Positions 37,236 to 48,822 of a DNA stretch of 62,590 nucleotides are shown here, in pieces (positions within the stretch are counted from its first letter, which is position 1; each line of letters starts with the position of its first letter). Source of the stretch: Toensbergia leucococca. Lineage: Eukaryota. The notes below the pieces were generated by a model. It made no database searches, was not told the origin of the DNA, and saw nothing but the letters and a program-made list of their open reading frames with translations. A program made the translations under genes and the position numbers. The DNA lies in the NCBI GenBank assembly GCA_022813965.1, contig JALDZS010000060.1, forward strand, positions 62,001 through 124,590. The letters are read 5' to 3'.

Positions 37236-37386
37236 TCAATGCTACAAAAGCCATCAGCTACACAATCCAGTCCAGTCAAGATCTCCGAGATTGGGGGAAG
37301 GGAAAACGAACACCACAGCTGGAACAGCCGCAACTGGAGCAATCGCCACTGCAGCCGGAGCAAGAGGAGCATGAGCAGGGAGACAT
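37236..37386 (-). CDS. Metallothionein, 26 aa, 8 Cys (MSPCSCSSCSGCSGDCSSCGCSSCGH)
   Basis: Exon 1 37386-37312; 70-nt intron GTTCGT...GCTGAT...TGTAG (37311-37242); exon 2 CAT TGA (37241-37236). CxC/CxxC spacing, only small residues, terminal His as in short fungal MTs. Confidence 0.9.
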
Positions 37387-39038
37387 TTGTTTGAGGTGAT
37401 GTGGATGGATTGCTGAGGGTAGAGTTATGGATAGATAGTCGTCTTTCGTTTCAAGGGGAGGTTTTTGTGGGGTTTTGGGAATCGGTGGTTGGAGGGGAGA
37501 TTTTGGGAGGGTGTGGGGATAGTGCTGTGTTGAGGGCTTTTTTATGAAGAGGAGGATAAATGTTTCCAAGATCGGGCATGATATAGATAGATAGGGAAAT
37601 GAATTCCCCCACCTTCAAGCCGTGAACCTCACCCCACAAAGTCCCGCAAACACACACACACCAACCAAACGTCCCCTCACACCCGACGACTTGCATTGTC
37701 GGTACCCAATCGTAGGATTCGGGTCCCATCACATGTCGCTCTGCGTTGGCTTTTTTTTTTCCTGCGCCGCCTGAAATGGAGCGGGGACAACGCATCATTG
37801 TGTGGTGGGACAGGAAATTGGGTGGTTTTTGGGAGGGGTGATTGGGGGGGGGGGATTGTTTTGACTGATTGGTTGGTTGGAGTGTGGGCTTTGTTTTTTG
37901 TGATGGATGATGAGGGGGTTGTTACTGTACTGTTGATGTTTTATGGTGTGGAGTTTTTTCGGCTTTGAGTTGGGATTGAGAGAGTTTGGAGGGGGGTTGG
38001 GATGGTGGGTTTGGGATAGAGAGAGGGAGTGGTACTGTTTTGGATATTTTATCTCGCCCGGGTTTTTTTGGGGACTGGGGACTGACTGCTATTCTAACGT
38101 CAGATTTGGGTGGGCTAGGTACATAAAAATATTCCGGATGCATACGAGCTTTTATTCAGACAACAATGGAACCCAAGGATGATCACTCATGGGCCCTGAT
38201 ACCTACCCAAGCTACCTACCTACCCACCCATCAATCAACCAACCAATCAATTAATCAAACTCACAGATCTATTGGACGAGGTTATTGAGTTCAGAAACGG
38301 TCAACGTCTTGATTGTGCAAATGATGGATACCTACTTATTGAATCATGCCCCTAACCAATTAATGATATCGGAGATTGGGTTGCATGAATCAAACCTCAT
38401 GTTGAATAGACATTTGAAAACTTGGTTAGTGAGGAAGGGTAGTTTGACAGATAGACTCTGTGGTAAAAGAGAAGAGAATGTGAGATCTAAGGGTTTGAGG
38501 CGTTGGCTCTTCTTTGATGGGGGGGAGTGGAGGAGATTTGATATAATGGTAGAAGTATGTAGGTAGGTGGAATAGTATCGCGTTCTGAAGTGAGGGAGTG
38601 GGTTTTGTGTGGGTTTTACTTATGCTGGCTTAGTTGATTGTATCTTGCTATTCAACCCGAGGCTTCTGACAATGAAGATATGCTTTTGGGAACTACAAAA
38701 GAGGGCTTTCAAGCGTTCAAACTACGCCCCCGGCCAAACCCTTGTCTATATAAAAACCAAAATCAAAGTCGACCGGATGCCCCCTCTATTTCAACTCCTA
38801 TAACCGTAGATCTTTTGCTCGCTCGACCACACACCATTCATCCCTGACATCGTTTTTTTTGGAATGGGTTTTTTTGGTTTTCTGAGATGGGGGGACGTTT
38901 TTGTTAGCGTTTTTGGGGTTTTGAGGGGGGGTTGGTTGGGGGATTGAGGTGAAGTGAAAGGGAAGGGGGATGGGTTGAGGGAGGTGAGGTGAGGGGAGGT
39001 GGGAGGTGCGGGTTGGTGGGAGGTGCGGGTTGAGCGTA

Positions 39039-39208
39039 CTATTTGCAGGTGCATTGGCCGGCGGGGCATTGGCAGGACGAGCCGCAGGAGCAGGAACAAC
39101 CGGGTTCTGGCGCATGATGTTAGCAACTGTCGTACATGAATTGGACTGTTTCTGAGGTGAAGTGGATAGATGGGAGGCGGGCTGGGAGCCGGGGGGAGGT
39201 TTACCCAT
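39039..39208 (-). CDS. Metallothionein, 23 aa, 7 Cys (MEPGCSCSCGSSCQCPAGQCTCK)
   Basis: Exon 1 ATG G (39208-39205, context AAAATGG); 98-nt intron GTAAAC...GCTAAC...CCAG (39204-39107); exon 2 39106-39039. CxCxC-xxx-CxC-PxGx-CxC pattern. Confidence 0.88.
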
Positions 39209-40625
39209 TTTATGAGGTTTGGGTTGTGGTTTGTGTGATTTGACGTTGAAGTTTTTTTTTAATCGGGGGATTTTGGGATGCTGTTTTTTTGGAGGTGCGG
39301 GTTTGGGAGTTTTTTATTTGATTTTGTTTGCGAGAGGTTAATTGCTGCTGGCTGTAGGCGTTTTGGGAGAGGGAGTTGGAGGCTTTTATGATGCGGGCTT
39401 TGTTTTATGTTGCAGAGGGAGGGAGGGGTAAGGTACCTAGAATAAGTGGGGGGATCGATCGGACTGGCTCTAGCGGCTTTTCTTTGGTGCGGGGGTTGGT
39501 TTGTTTTCGGGGGGACGTTCCTTTGTTGTGGGTACTAAGGAGGGGCTTAGGGTTTTGAGTTTTTATTCTTTTTTCATGAGAGGGTGGCGATTGTGATGCT
39601 TTGATCAGATGGTTTTTTTACAAGGTTGTCAGGCTATGAATTGATTGAGAGTTTAAGGTATTTTAATTCAGTTTTTTGTCTTCTTTTTTTGGGGGTTGTT
39701 GTTGCTTGGGTGCCGCTGGCTGGGGGTGTGTGTGCTGCTGTAGGTGCTATTCTAGCATATCTTGAAGCACTGGAGACTAAGCCATGGACAGCCAATCTCT
39801 ACATACAGACTTCAGGTTGAATGTCAACTCAGCTGTCAAATCATTAATCTCCGCTCGCGGCCTGATTTGAACCGGCCCCAACCATCATTTTCATTCTCCT
39901 CTCAACCCCTATTTTCGATAACGATTTCTCTCATCTCAACCATCTCATCAACTTTCAAGAGACACACATAGAACATGTGTGACCGAAACCACCGGGTGAT
40001 AAATAGATTCCGATGCATGTTTCACACAATTTACCGCGACACCTGCAAAACTTGCTCATGTATCCACACTCCCCCTCCTGCCCCTCATCCCTCACCTCCT
40101 CTTTTGAGACCATGATTCTTTACACGCTGTGCATATGATCAATCACATTCCAAAAACCATCAGATATATCAACCCATCAATCAAACCACCTACACAGTAA
40201 TTCTTCAGCTGCGAATATGTCAAAGTGATCATATGAGTGTTGTAAAGACGGAGCATTTCCATGACTTAAAGAAGAGATCATTCCTGATTTGGTGTGACAC
40301 GAGTCTGTTTGCTCTCAGGGCATCATAAGCAGCGCTTTGTCCCCCTCATTCAATTAAAAGCGCGGCATATGTCTTTGCGGGTGGAACAAAGGGTGTGTGA
40401 CAGATGGTGAAAATAAACAAATAATTCATCCCCAAGAAATCGAGCAAAGACAATCATGAGACAATGTGCACATTGCACAGATCAACTTTGTCTCATTCAT
40501 TTTGACTTTCATTTCATTTCCATGCCCCTCCCTCTACGCACCCAAAAAGACCCATATTCACTAGAGCCAAGTGCGCAAAAAAAGAAAGAAAAGAATCGAA
40601 TTGCACCAGCTGACAATCAACAAAT

Positions 40626-42566
40626 CTACTCCCCCACCCTCCCTCTCCCCATCCTCTCAATATTCCCCATAATCCCACTCCTCGCCCCCCCGCTACCACT
40701 CCGACTCATCCCCATCTTCCCAATCCTACTCTCACTCCCACCTCCAAACCCCGGCCCCTTCAGCCCCGATGACCTAAAGCGTGCATTCTCCGCTCCGGTC
40801 GATGGTACCGCGTTATCATCATGATTGTTGTTGGCAGGCGCCGCAGATTGGAGGGAAAGGAGTTCTTCGGCCAAGGCGATCAAAGTGTCTTTTTCCGCGC
40901 GTTCGGCGTCGAGGGAGGAGAGGAGGTCGTCGTTTTTGAGTTGGAGACTTTGAAGAGTGGAGCTGAGGTCATCGAGTTGGGACTGGAAGTCTTGAGATTG
41001 GGAATCCGAGGATTCAGGGGCTTGGATCTCCGTTGAGCTGGGGGGTGTCGAGGTCGTGAGGCGGAGGCTTTCGTTTTCGGTGCTGAGGGTGTCGATTTTT
41101 GTTTCGAGGTCTTGGATCTTGCGCTGCCATCTTGCTTCGTAACTCTGCTTTAAAGCGGAGACTTTGCGCTCATGTTTCTCTCGATACACTCTGTGCAAGT
41201 CCCTAGCGACTTTGTCTACTGCTTCCTGCACATCCTTACTACTTCCAGCTCCTGCTTCACTTGTGTTGCTGCCTCGAGGCGTGGAAGTCGATGCCGTGGC
41301 CAAGCTGACCATTTTGCTGTCTGCTTCCACAACTCGCAATTCGGCTTGTTGTCTTCTCCTCTCACTTTCTTCTAATTGTTTTACAAGACGATCTCGCTCG
41401 TGCTCTCCACTTCGAATTTCTTCTTTTACACTCCGGAGAAGCCCCTCCATGTCTTTGTCCCTCTGTTGCCAGTCGGCCTTATCTGCCAGCAAACTCTCCT
41501 TTATTCCTCGCTGTTCGCGTACCTCCTCCATTGCTTCGCCGACACGACGTTCTGCGTCTCCAACGGCGTCTTTGAGACTGTTAATCTCTGCTTCCTTACC
41601 ACTAAGCGTTGCGCGCAGAGATGAAACTTGTGAAAGGAAGGAGGATTTGAGAGACTCGACTTCCCGTGCTGTGATACTAGGAACGGAGCGGGGAGTTGGA
41701 GCTGGAGGAATATCAAAATCTAGCAGGTTCGCTAGGTGGCGAGCTTCGGAAGGAGTGCTTGGAGGAGGGCCGGCTTTTACTGGCGATCGTTGACTAGACA
41801 CGTATTTGGCTAGATCTGGTTGTGTATGAGATTTCTTGGGTGAGGGGCGACTAGTTCGACTAGGAGATCTAGTCGAGAGATGTGAAACGGCGTTGAATTG
41901 TTCAGTAAAGTCGATGATGAGGCTGTTAGTCTCGTCGCCATTGCTTATGTTGTGCCCACGAGGTGTTGGGGAGGGAGAGTCGTCTTCAAATGTGCGGTGT
42001 TTCGTTGTGATTGGTGTAATCTGACCCATTTGAAATGGGGTTCCGCCACTGCATGGCGCTTGCCTGGCAGCTTTGGCGGGACTACCAAGAGCACTCTTTG
42101 TTGGGGAATTTTCGGAGCGTGGAAAGAATGGCACAGCGGAGAAGGTGCTGCAATGGGTATCGTCCATTCCTGGAAAGCCTTGTGGTATACCTATGGTAGA
42201 AAGCGTATCATTACCGACTCCAAGATATGCAGAGTCGTTTTCTGTGTCTTCCATGATCTGGATAGCGCGTGTCAAGCCCTCATTCTCCCTCAATGTGTCT
42301 TCTGTCAGAGGTATTGACATGTGTTTCTCCAGGTGTACTTTTCTAGGCGAACGATTTTCTTCGAGTCTCATGGTCTTTGTTGGAGATGATGCCGTTTTTG
42401 CGATCAGAGGGGAATTCTGAAGACCCTTCAGGAGATAACTGTCGAGATTCTCAGTATCTTGGTATATGGCGTAACTCTTGGGTTCGAGGTTGTTCTTCCG
42501 TTCGACTGTTGTGGGCGATTTGATATTCACGCTTCTAGGAGAAAGAGGAGATAATGGTTGTGTCAT
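40626..42566 (-). CDS. Fungal TACC / Slk19-Alp7-like coiled-coil spindle/kinetochore protein
   Basis: 646-aa ORF; LLDFDIPPAPTPRSVPSITAREVESLKS, long coiled coil, VDKVARDLHRVYREKHERKVSALKQSYEARWQRKI matches the Slk19/fungal-TACC domain as recalled. Confidence 0.82.
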   Translation of the reverse strand: MTQPLSPLSPRSVNIKSPTTVERKNNLEPKSYAIYQDTENLDSYLLKGLQNSPLIAKTASSPTKTMRLEENRSPRKVHLEKHMSIPLTEDTLRENEGLTRAIQIMEDTENDSAYLGVGNDTLSTIGIPQGFPGMDDTHCSTFSAVPFFPRSENSPTKSALGSPAKAARQAPCSGGTPFQMGQITPITTKHRTFEDDSPSPTPRGHNISNGDETNSLIIDFTEQFNAVSHLSTRSPSRTSRPSPKKSHTQPDLAKYVSSQRSPVKAGPPPSTPSEARHLANLLDFDIPPAPTPRSVPSITAREVESLKSSFLSQVSSLRATLSGKEAEINSLKDAVGDAERRVGEAMEEVREQRGIKESLLADKADWQQRDKDMEGLLRSVKEEIRSGEHERDRLVKQLEESERRRQQAELRVVEADSKMVSLATASTSTPRGSNTSEAGAGSSKDVQEAVDKVARDLHRVYREKHERKVSALKQSYEARWQRKIQDLETKIDTLSTENESLRLTTSTPPSSTEIQAPESSDSQSQDFQSQLDDLSSTLQSLQLKNDDLLSSLDAERAEKDTLIALAEELLSLQSAAPANNNHDDNAVPSTGAENARFRSSGLKGPGFGGGSESRIGKMGMSRSGSGGARSGIMGNIERMGRGRVGE

Positions 42567-44187
42567 GCTTGGAACGCGTTAAGATGGCAAGTTGGCGAAT
42601 TTGGTTCCGAAGTAGCACGAATCTTCTGCTGATGCGGTTCCGCAGTCAAGTTAAGGTACAGGAAGAGGGACAAAGTAAACAAAGCTAAACTGATTTTGGT
42701 TAGCATCGTCGTTCCAGCCCTGCGATGCCAGCTATATCAGGGTCCGCCTAAATCATGACTAGGTCCACTTCATCCTTTCATCCTCGTAAAGGGGAAACCA
42801 TCTAGCCGTGGGAATGACCCTCACTGCACGGCGCTGAATGAGCTTGAAGCGAACAGAATCGCGAGCGGGTTAAGATTGTGTCAAAATGAAAGATTATGAG
42901 TAAAAGGACTGACCAAAGGCTCAGGATCCAATTGAGATTTAAGTGGCATATGCTAATGGTGTCAAAGATATGGATGTTATCTCCAGCACTTGCCTTGTTG
43001 AAGGGTTAAGGGGGCAACTACTACAGTATGAGCTAAGGCATCTGAGATCTGAATTCCTTTTTTGAAAGTAACCATATGGGGAGCAACTGTGGTGACTTCT
43101 TTCTGTGTCTATCGAAATTTGGCTTCCTGTTGATACTTTGCCACACATTTCCAGGATTTCTTTTACTATCTACTCAGACACTCTTGTTTACAAAAGCCGC
43201 AAATCGGAGCTGTGATCCCGCCAAGTCATGCTCAGGCTGTCGCCAAATCTAAGAGCGAACAACATCCTGAACAATATGATTGCATCATAGCTTTAAAGGC
43301 CTCCGCGAGTTTACCACTTTCTTTGGAAAAAAGACCATATTAAGATCAACTTTATAGATGATAGCAGTCGCATCTACAATGTTCACGTGGCCATGAGAAC
43401 AATTAAGCGGCACATCTATAACGAGGTGAGAACGGTCTTGTGCTGCAATCCCTTTGCTCTCTTTTATTGTCATTGGCATCAGACTCTGGAATCCATGTCC
43501 GAAATGACCATTCCATTCGCGTACGACCGGAGTCAGCATCTGGCAAGGCTTAGAGTCGCAGCTGTAAATCTGGATATTCGGACTCGTCATCATCACAAGG
43601 TTAGTGGGTGCCAGTCTTGACTCAGCGAAACCTGTACCAGAGCGCAAGATCCAAGAAGCCGAGTTTTGATAGATCCAACATTACTTGAGACATTCAACAC
43701 AAGTCGTGTATTTTGGTCGTGATGCGAAGAGCTGGGGCGCCTCTTAGCGAAGAAGATCATGTTTCAAGTGTCGACATTGCTAATGCGGTAGTCACGTACC
43801 CTCAACCCGGATACTCGTGTCAGATGTGGTGCGACATTCTCAACTAAAATTCGTACAGCTGCTTTTCTCTTCAGCGGCGCTGAATTCATTCAAACCCCCC
43901 AATGTTTTCTTGCCTTGAGCTGCTATCCATGATGTCCTATCAAAACCATGTGATTGTTTCTTGGCTTCTGCGCTTTTGCGGAAGTATAGTAGGGGCTGAG
44001 CTTGTAGCTATAGGCGCATGGCATGAATTCTTTTGCACCATTGTTGTCGGAAACGCCCTGAAGGTATGCATAGCTTCAGGCTACTTCTTCACCCCGACTC
44101 GTGCAACGATTCCTCTTGCTCTGATGCGGCCTTAATTCTGGGAATTTTTAAAGGAAAATCAAGTAGGCGCATACATACACATCAGTG

Positions 44188-44877
44188 ATGCCTTCTCCCA
44201 CAAATCTCGTTATCTTAATGTTTCTAGCCTTGGCCATTCAAATATCCTTAGCATCAACCAGCAGTCCTTCCCTCGTCACACGAGTACATCAACAAAAACG
44301 GGCAACCCGTCAAATCACCGGACCTTGCCCACGCGGATACCATTTCGAAGTCTCCAGATGCGACCAAGGCACTAGCACACGAGACTGGCTTCTTACCTGC
44401 ATCCCTAGAAACTCTCCAAGTACCGACAAGATAGATGTCCCTGGCACGTGCGATTCGACCGAACTGTGCGTTCACACTAGCCGCTCTGGTATCTCCACGG
44501 CTTTCTGTGTCGGTATGGAGGAATTCGTACAGCATACAATGGCAGAACAGGACAAGGGCGGTATCTGGAAAGCGGTCATACGCTCGTCGAGCGCGGCATA
44601 CTCGTCCTCGCAGTACACCTTTATGGCCATTCTCACCGACGCGGATACGCGGCAATCTCTGACCGCGCCCAGCCTGCTACTTCAGGCACAAAAAGTAACG
44701 AATGTGCATGGGAATCTGGTGTGGAAAACGCTGCCTGGTGGATTGGCATCGTGCGGTGCTTGTGCGAGCTTGAGTGTAGATCCGGTGCCTGAAGGGACGC
44801 AGGGTATGGCTGTGGAAGTCATGTTTGTCGCGGCTGCAAGTGCTGGGAATCTGTTTCTGGGTGCTATTGAGTTGTGA
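44188..44877 (+). CDS. Small secreted Cys-rich protein (229 aa, 8 Cys), effector candidate
   Basis: Hydrophobic signal LVILMFLALAIQISLA, Kex2-like QQKR, Cys motifs GTCDSTELCV...AFCV and CGAC; intronless. Confidence 0.82.
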   Translation: MPSPTNLVILMFLALAIQISLASTSSPSLVTRVHQQKRATRQITGPCPRGYHFEVSRCDQGTSTRDWLLTCIPRNSPSTDKIDVPGTCDSTELCVHTSRSGISTAFCVGMEEFVQHTMAEQDKGGIWKAVIRSSSAAYSSSQYTFMAILTDADTRQSLTAPSLLLQAQKVTNVHGNLVWKTLPGGLASCGACASLSVDPVPEGTQGMAVEVMFVAAASAGNLFLGAIEL

Positions 44878-45991
44878 GAATAAGGAGGAGGTGTTTGATG
44901 AGATTGATATGAGAATATGAGCATCTTGAGTCTCTTGAAGGCCTGTGAAAGCATCTTGATTGGCTCAGCAGTATATCAACAAGCCAGAAAATCATAAGAA
45001 GTTTCAAGCGTAGATTAATCAAAAGAACCTTCTTCAGCTTGACCACTTGACCACTACAGACAGGTCGCTGATATCGTGGTCAAAAGTATTACACCTGAAC
45101 TAAACATCACTCACTTTGAAGAAGATGGCAGTAAGTTGCCCCGTGGAGAAAGAAAGTGCAGAGAGCACTCGAATCACAGGTAGGGACTTGTATAAAACTA
45201 CCTTAAGGACTCTGCCATCTGATTCTTGACCAACAAGGTAACTGCCAAAAGACAGAACTCCAAATTAGACAACATGTGTACAGAGAACGAACCCGAGACC
45301 TCACTGGTGACACCTCAGCTTTGATGTTGAATTACGGAGTCCAAAAAAGAAATAAATACTTCGACAAACCCCAACAGCGCAATGTAAAAACCCCCCAACT
45401 TCCCACCGCATGCCTATAAACCTCTTATCCCCCCCAAAAAACACAGAAAAAAAACCCCAAATCCCTCCCTCCAAACGCCGCAGAAGAGAAGGGGGGAAAG
45501 AGTCATTACAAAAAGCCCAAAAACGCCTGCACACGACCCATCACCACCACCTCCCCCCCCCAAAAAACATCAACATCAACACGAAACGTCAAACCTTCTC
45601 ACTCGCAAAAGCTTCTCAGCTCAGCTCAGCTCAGAGAAGGAGGATGGGCAAGGAAAAAGGCGATGACAAAATAGCAGCGAGGAGGGCTGATGACAAAAAG
45701 CCCAAGTGCAACAAATTCTGAATAGGAGTCCTGGTACTTTGGGCCATCCAAACACATATTTATTCCGAGGGAGCCATGCACATCCAACCGTCCTTTCCCC
45801 TCCCCGCTAGACGAAAACGCTCATCCGGGCCCCCCCAATCACCCAAACTAAAAGCAAAAAAAAAAGAATAACAGAACAGTGGGGGGGGTATCGGTAACCC
45901 AACGCAAACATCCCCAAAACCCCAGGTGCACAGTACAAAATCCAATCCATCCAACCCCCCAGATACGCCCAAGCCAAAAAAAAAACACTCC

Positions 45992-48085
45992 TCATCCCCG
46001 AAACAGCAACTCAGCAACCACCCGCACAGCCTCCCAAACCCCCCTCTCAGCCACCAAACGCTCAAAGACCTCCCCAACGCAATCGAGTGCCTTTCTCTCA
46101 TCCGCCTGCTTCCACGCCTCGAGAAAGGCCGCAGTAGCCTCGAGGCGGCTTTCGACTTCGCCGGTCCAGTCAAAGGCGATGCTCCACGTCACGAGGAGAG
46201 AGACGCCATCTCGATTCAATATCAGCGACTGGCGTCCCAAATGGACGAGGAGTTCTTTCCTCGAGACGGCTGTTTCCGAGTCTTGTTCATCGTGCGCCTC
46301 GGGCTCTGGTCCGCTCACCGAGTCTGAGGTTTCGGCATTGTGGACCGAGGCTTCTTTTCGTCGTCGGCCTTTCCGTTTGGGGAGGACTGTTTTCTCTTTG
46401 CCTGGCGCTGTTGATTGGGTATTGGGGAGGGAGATTGATAGGAGGTCTCCAAATTCCCGCTCGCATCTGATCCAGCACCGAGCTCTGATCTCGGCGACTT
46501 CCCAGTATTGGCCCATAGCCCAACCAATTGCGGTGATGTCTTTTTCAATGGCACAAGCGCGTGACCATTTGCCTAGTTCTGGGCCGGCCCATGGGGAAAG
46601 TTTGGTGATTTGGAGATCTGCGATCGTTTGGGTGGTGGGGTTCACTGTTAGTTGGATTTGGGCGGTGAGAAGTTGAAGGGGAGATGTGAGGGAGATGTCT
46701 TGGCGTTGGAGAAGAGGGTCGTCAGGGTTTGTTGGAGAGATGATGCTCTCTGATGAGGTGATAGTTAAGGGAGTGAAGACTCTTAGATGAGGAAGAGGAT
46801 CTGCGAGAGATAGTGGATGGAAAGAGGGTAATGGTAAGGATGTAGAATCAGGGTCTGGCGCAGGTGGAGTGGGACGTTTGGAGAAGGGGAGGAAAAGGGA
46901 TAGACGCTGGGAAAGAGGCGGGAGCTTTGGGGGCTGAGGAACTGGTTTGTGGGTGGGATTGGTGGAGGTGAGAATCGATCTATGAGATTTGATTTAGCCA
47001 AGCATACATATTAGTTTGATGCATGTCGATGATACATACATTAAGTTATCGGCGACTTCCTGACTTTCTGGCTCCGTTGACACTTGCTCATTGTTTCTAC
47101 TGACAGCGGCCTCAAGACGCATCATATCATCCTGTAATTCTCTGAGCTGCATACTCAGTTGGGCAAGCTCGTCCTTCTTTTCCCGTGCAGGATCTCCTAT
47201 CTTCTCTAAAGACTGCTGGGTATTGTTGACTAGGACAATGGGTGTAGGCTGAGAAGTTGCGGCCTCATTCGGTTCTGAATCTTTTGGAGGAGAACCTCTT
47301 GGTTTTAATGGTGAAGACTTCACACCAGAACCTTTCTTCTTCTTCCTTGGCCTCATGCTAGGACTGCTGTACAGTAAGCCTTTCGGCTGTTTTCGTCCTG
47401 CTTCAAGACCGTGCTGTGTAGGTGTGCGTGGTAGTTCCGGCTCCGGATCCTCGGCTTCGCCCATCAACTGCATGGCCGCTTTGGCTTTTGCGATACGATC
47501 TAGCCTTTCTATAGCGCTCTCTTGGGTCTCCTGCACTGTTTGCAGGTTTAGCTCATCGTGGGTAATGTGCGCCAGATCAGGAGCTGCTTCTGGCGGAGAT
47601 GCTGGCACATCAGGCCCGATTGCATGGCCAGATGCTATGGGTAAAGAAATGCCTGACAGTGTTTGTGACCTTCTTCTGGGGATTGCCAATGTTTTACCCC
47701 CAACGGGACGTACGACTAGGCCGGGTGAAAGTGTAGGTGTGGATAGCTTTGCTGACGCTGTCGTGGAGACGTCAGCCAGTGACGGCATGGTTTCGCCATT
47801 TCCCCGGCGTGGTCTATCGATGGCTCTACTCTGTCTCTGAGCTCGGCGACCTCCTCCAGGACTCGAACCAGCGGTAGTATTTGATCTTCTCGAACCATTT
47901 TTACTTGAATTATCTGGCAACAAGTTTGGATTGAATCGCGCTAGACTTGCTTTGGTGGGCGAAGTGTAGGAAGGCCGAGTAGGTGTTGTACGGTCTTCTT
48001 TGCGAGATGATGGGATGTCGGGCACGTTCACTGCGGCGGCTGCAGGCGGGGATAATTTGCGCCGCTTGGAAGGGTAAGAGTCCAT
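45992..48085 (-). CDS. Conserved fungal protein; C-terminus resembles kinetochore CENP-P/Ctf19/Fta2
   Basis: Exons 48085-47040 and 46979-45992 (60-nt GTATGT...GCTAAA...ATAG intron; frame checked open). NLS PSKRRK, short coiled coil, then RWD-like region. Gene model is solid; the family call is by-eye alignment. Confidence 0.8.
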
Positions 48086-48822
48086 GAGGCTGCAGGGTGG
48101 CGCTTTCCATTCTATTCAAGAGTAAGAGAAGACTTCTCCATCTTGCTTCCTCAATCCAGAGTGTTCGTACAGAGGAAATGAAGTCATATTGGCGCGTTCC
48201 TGGCCTTGTTCGCGTTAGTGGGAACAGTCTGGTGGTCTTCTTCATTCGGCTAGCTCCGAGAAAACTAGACGTCCTCACTCAACTCCCGCAGCTCATTTTT
48301 GAACCACTACACCCTCTCACCCTCTCCTGCTCACCGGCTCTCAGTGAACCATTCTTGCTTGTTTTCACCTCAACCACTCCCTCGTTTCGCAATCGACTAG
48401 TATAGAAGCTTGAGACTTCTGCTTTGATCTTGATTCTTGCAACCTTCCTCCATCCTCTGCTCTTTCTCCTTTCTTGCCCTTTTTTTTTTTACCTCAAATC
48501 GGGTTTGCTGTCATCTTCTCTGCTTCTATAGGTCATCACTCTTAGTTGAATCAAGCCTGTACACGTAGCAGAAGTACTAGCAAAATCGCTGATTGGAACG
48601 AGTCCTTTGATCGCAAATCGCCATTGAAACATCGCCAATACTCAGACTTGCAGAGTCGCGGCCCAAACGGCATTTTTCAGGTCCTTACGTGCTCAATCAC
48701 GAATGTTCATTTCGTAATCAACCGTCATATAGACTACAGAATCATTCTTCATCTCTTGAACACCTTGACTCACCTGTACGCCCAAGATTTTCATAAACAC
48801 ACATATTTCTAGATTTCTAGAC

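Noticed and set aside
39133..39152. Micro-exon inside the first intron of the 23-aa MT (CTCAG|AAACAG...|GTACGA)
   Set aside because: The downstream intron would be only about 29 nt, and the upstream part has no clear branch site.
37276..39208. Track ORFs 37276-37569 (97 aa) and 38798-39208 (136 aa) as real proteins
   Set aside because: Better explained as unspliced or off-frame read-through of the two metallothionein genes.
42700..44150. Short ORFs upstream of the secreted protein
   Set aside because: Mostly non-ATG starts, no motifs, no supportable splice model.
40626..48085. Functional kinetochore cluster (TACC + CENP-P-like)
   Set aside because: Two neighbours separated by an unrelated gene; chance adjacency is not excluded without synteny data.
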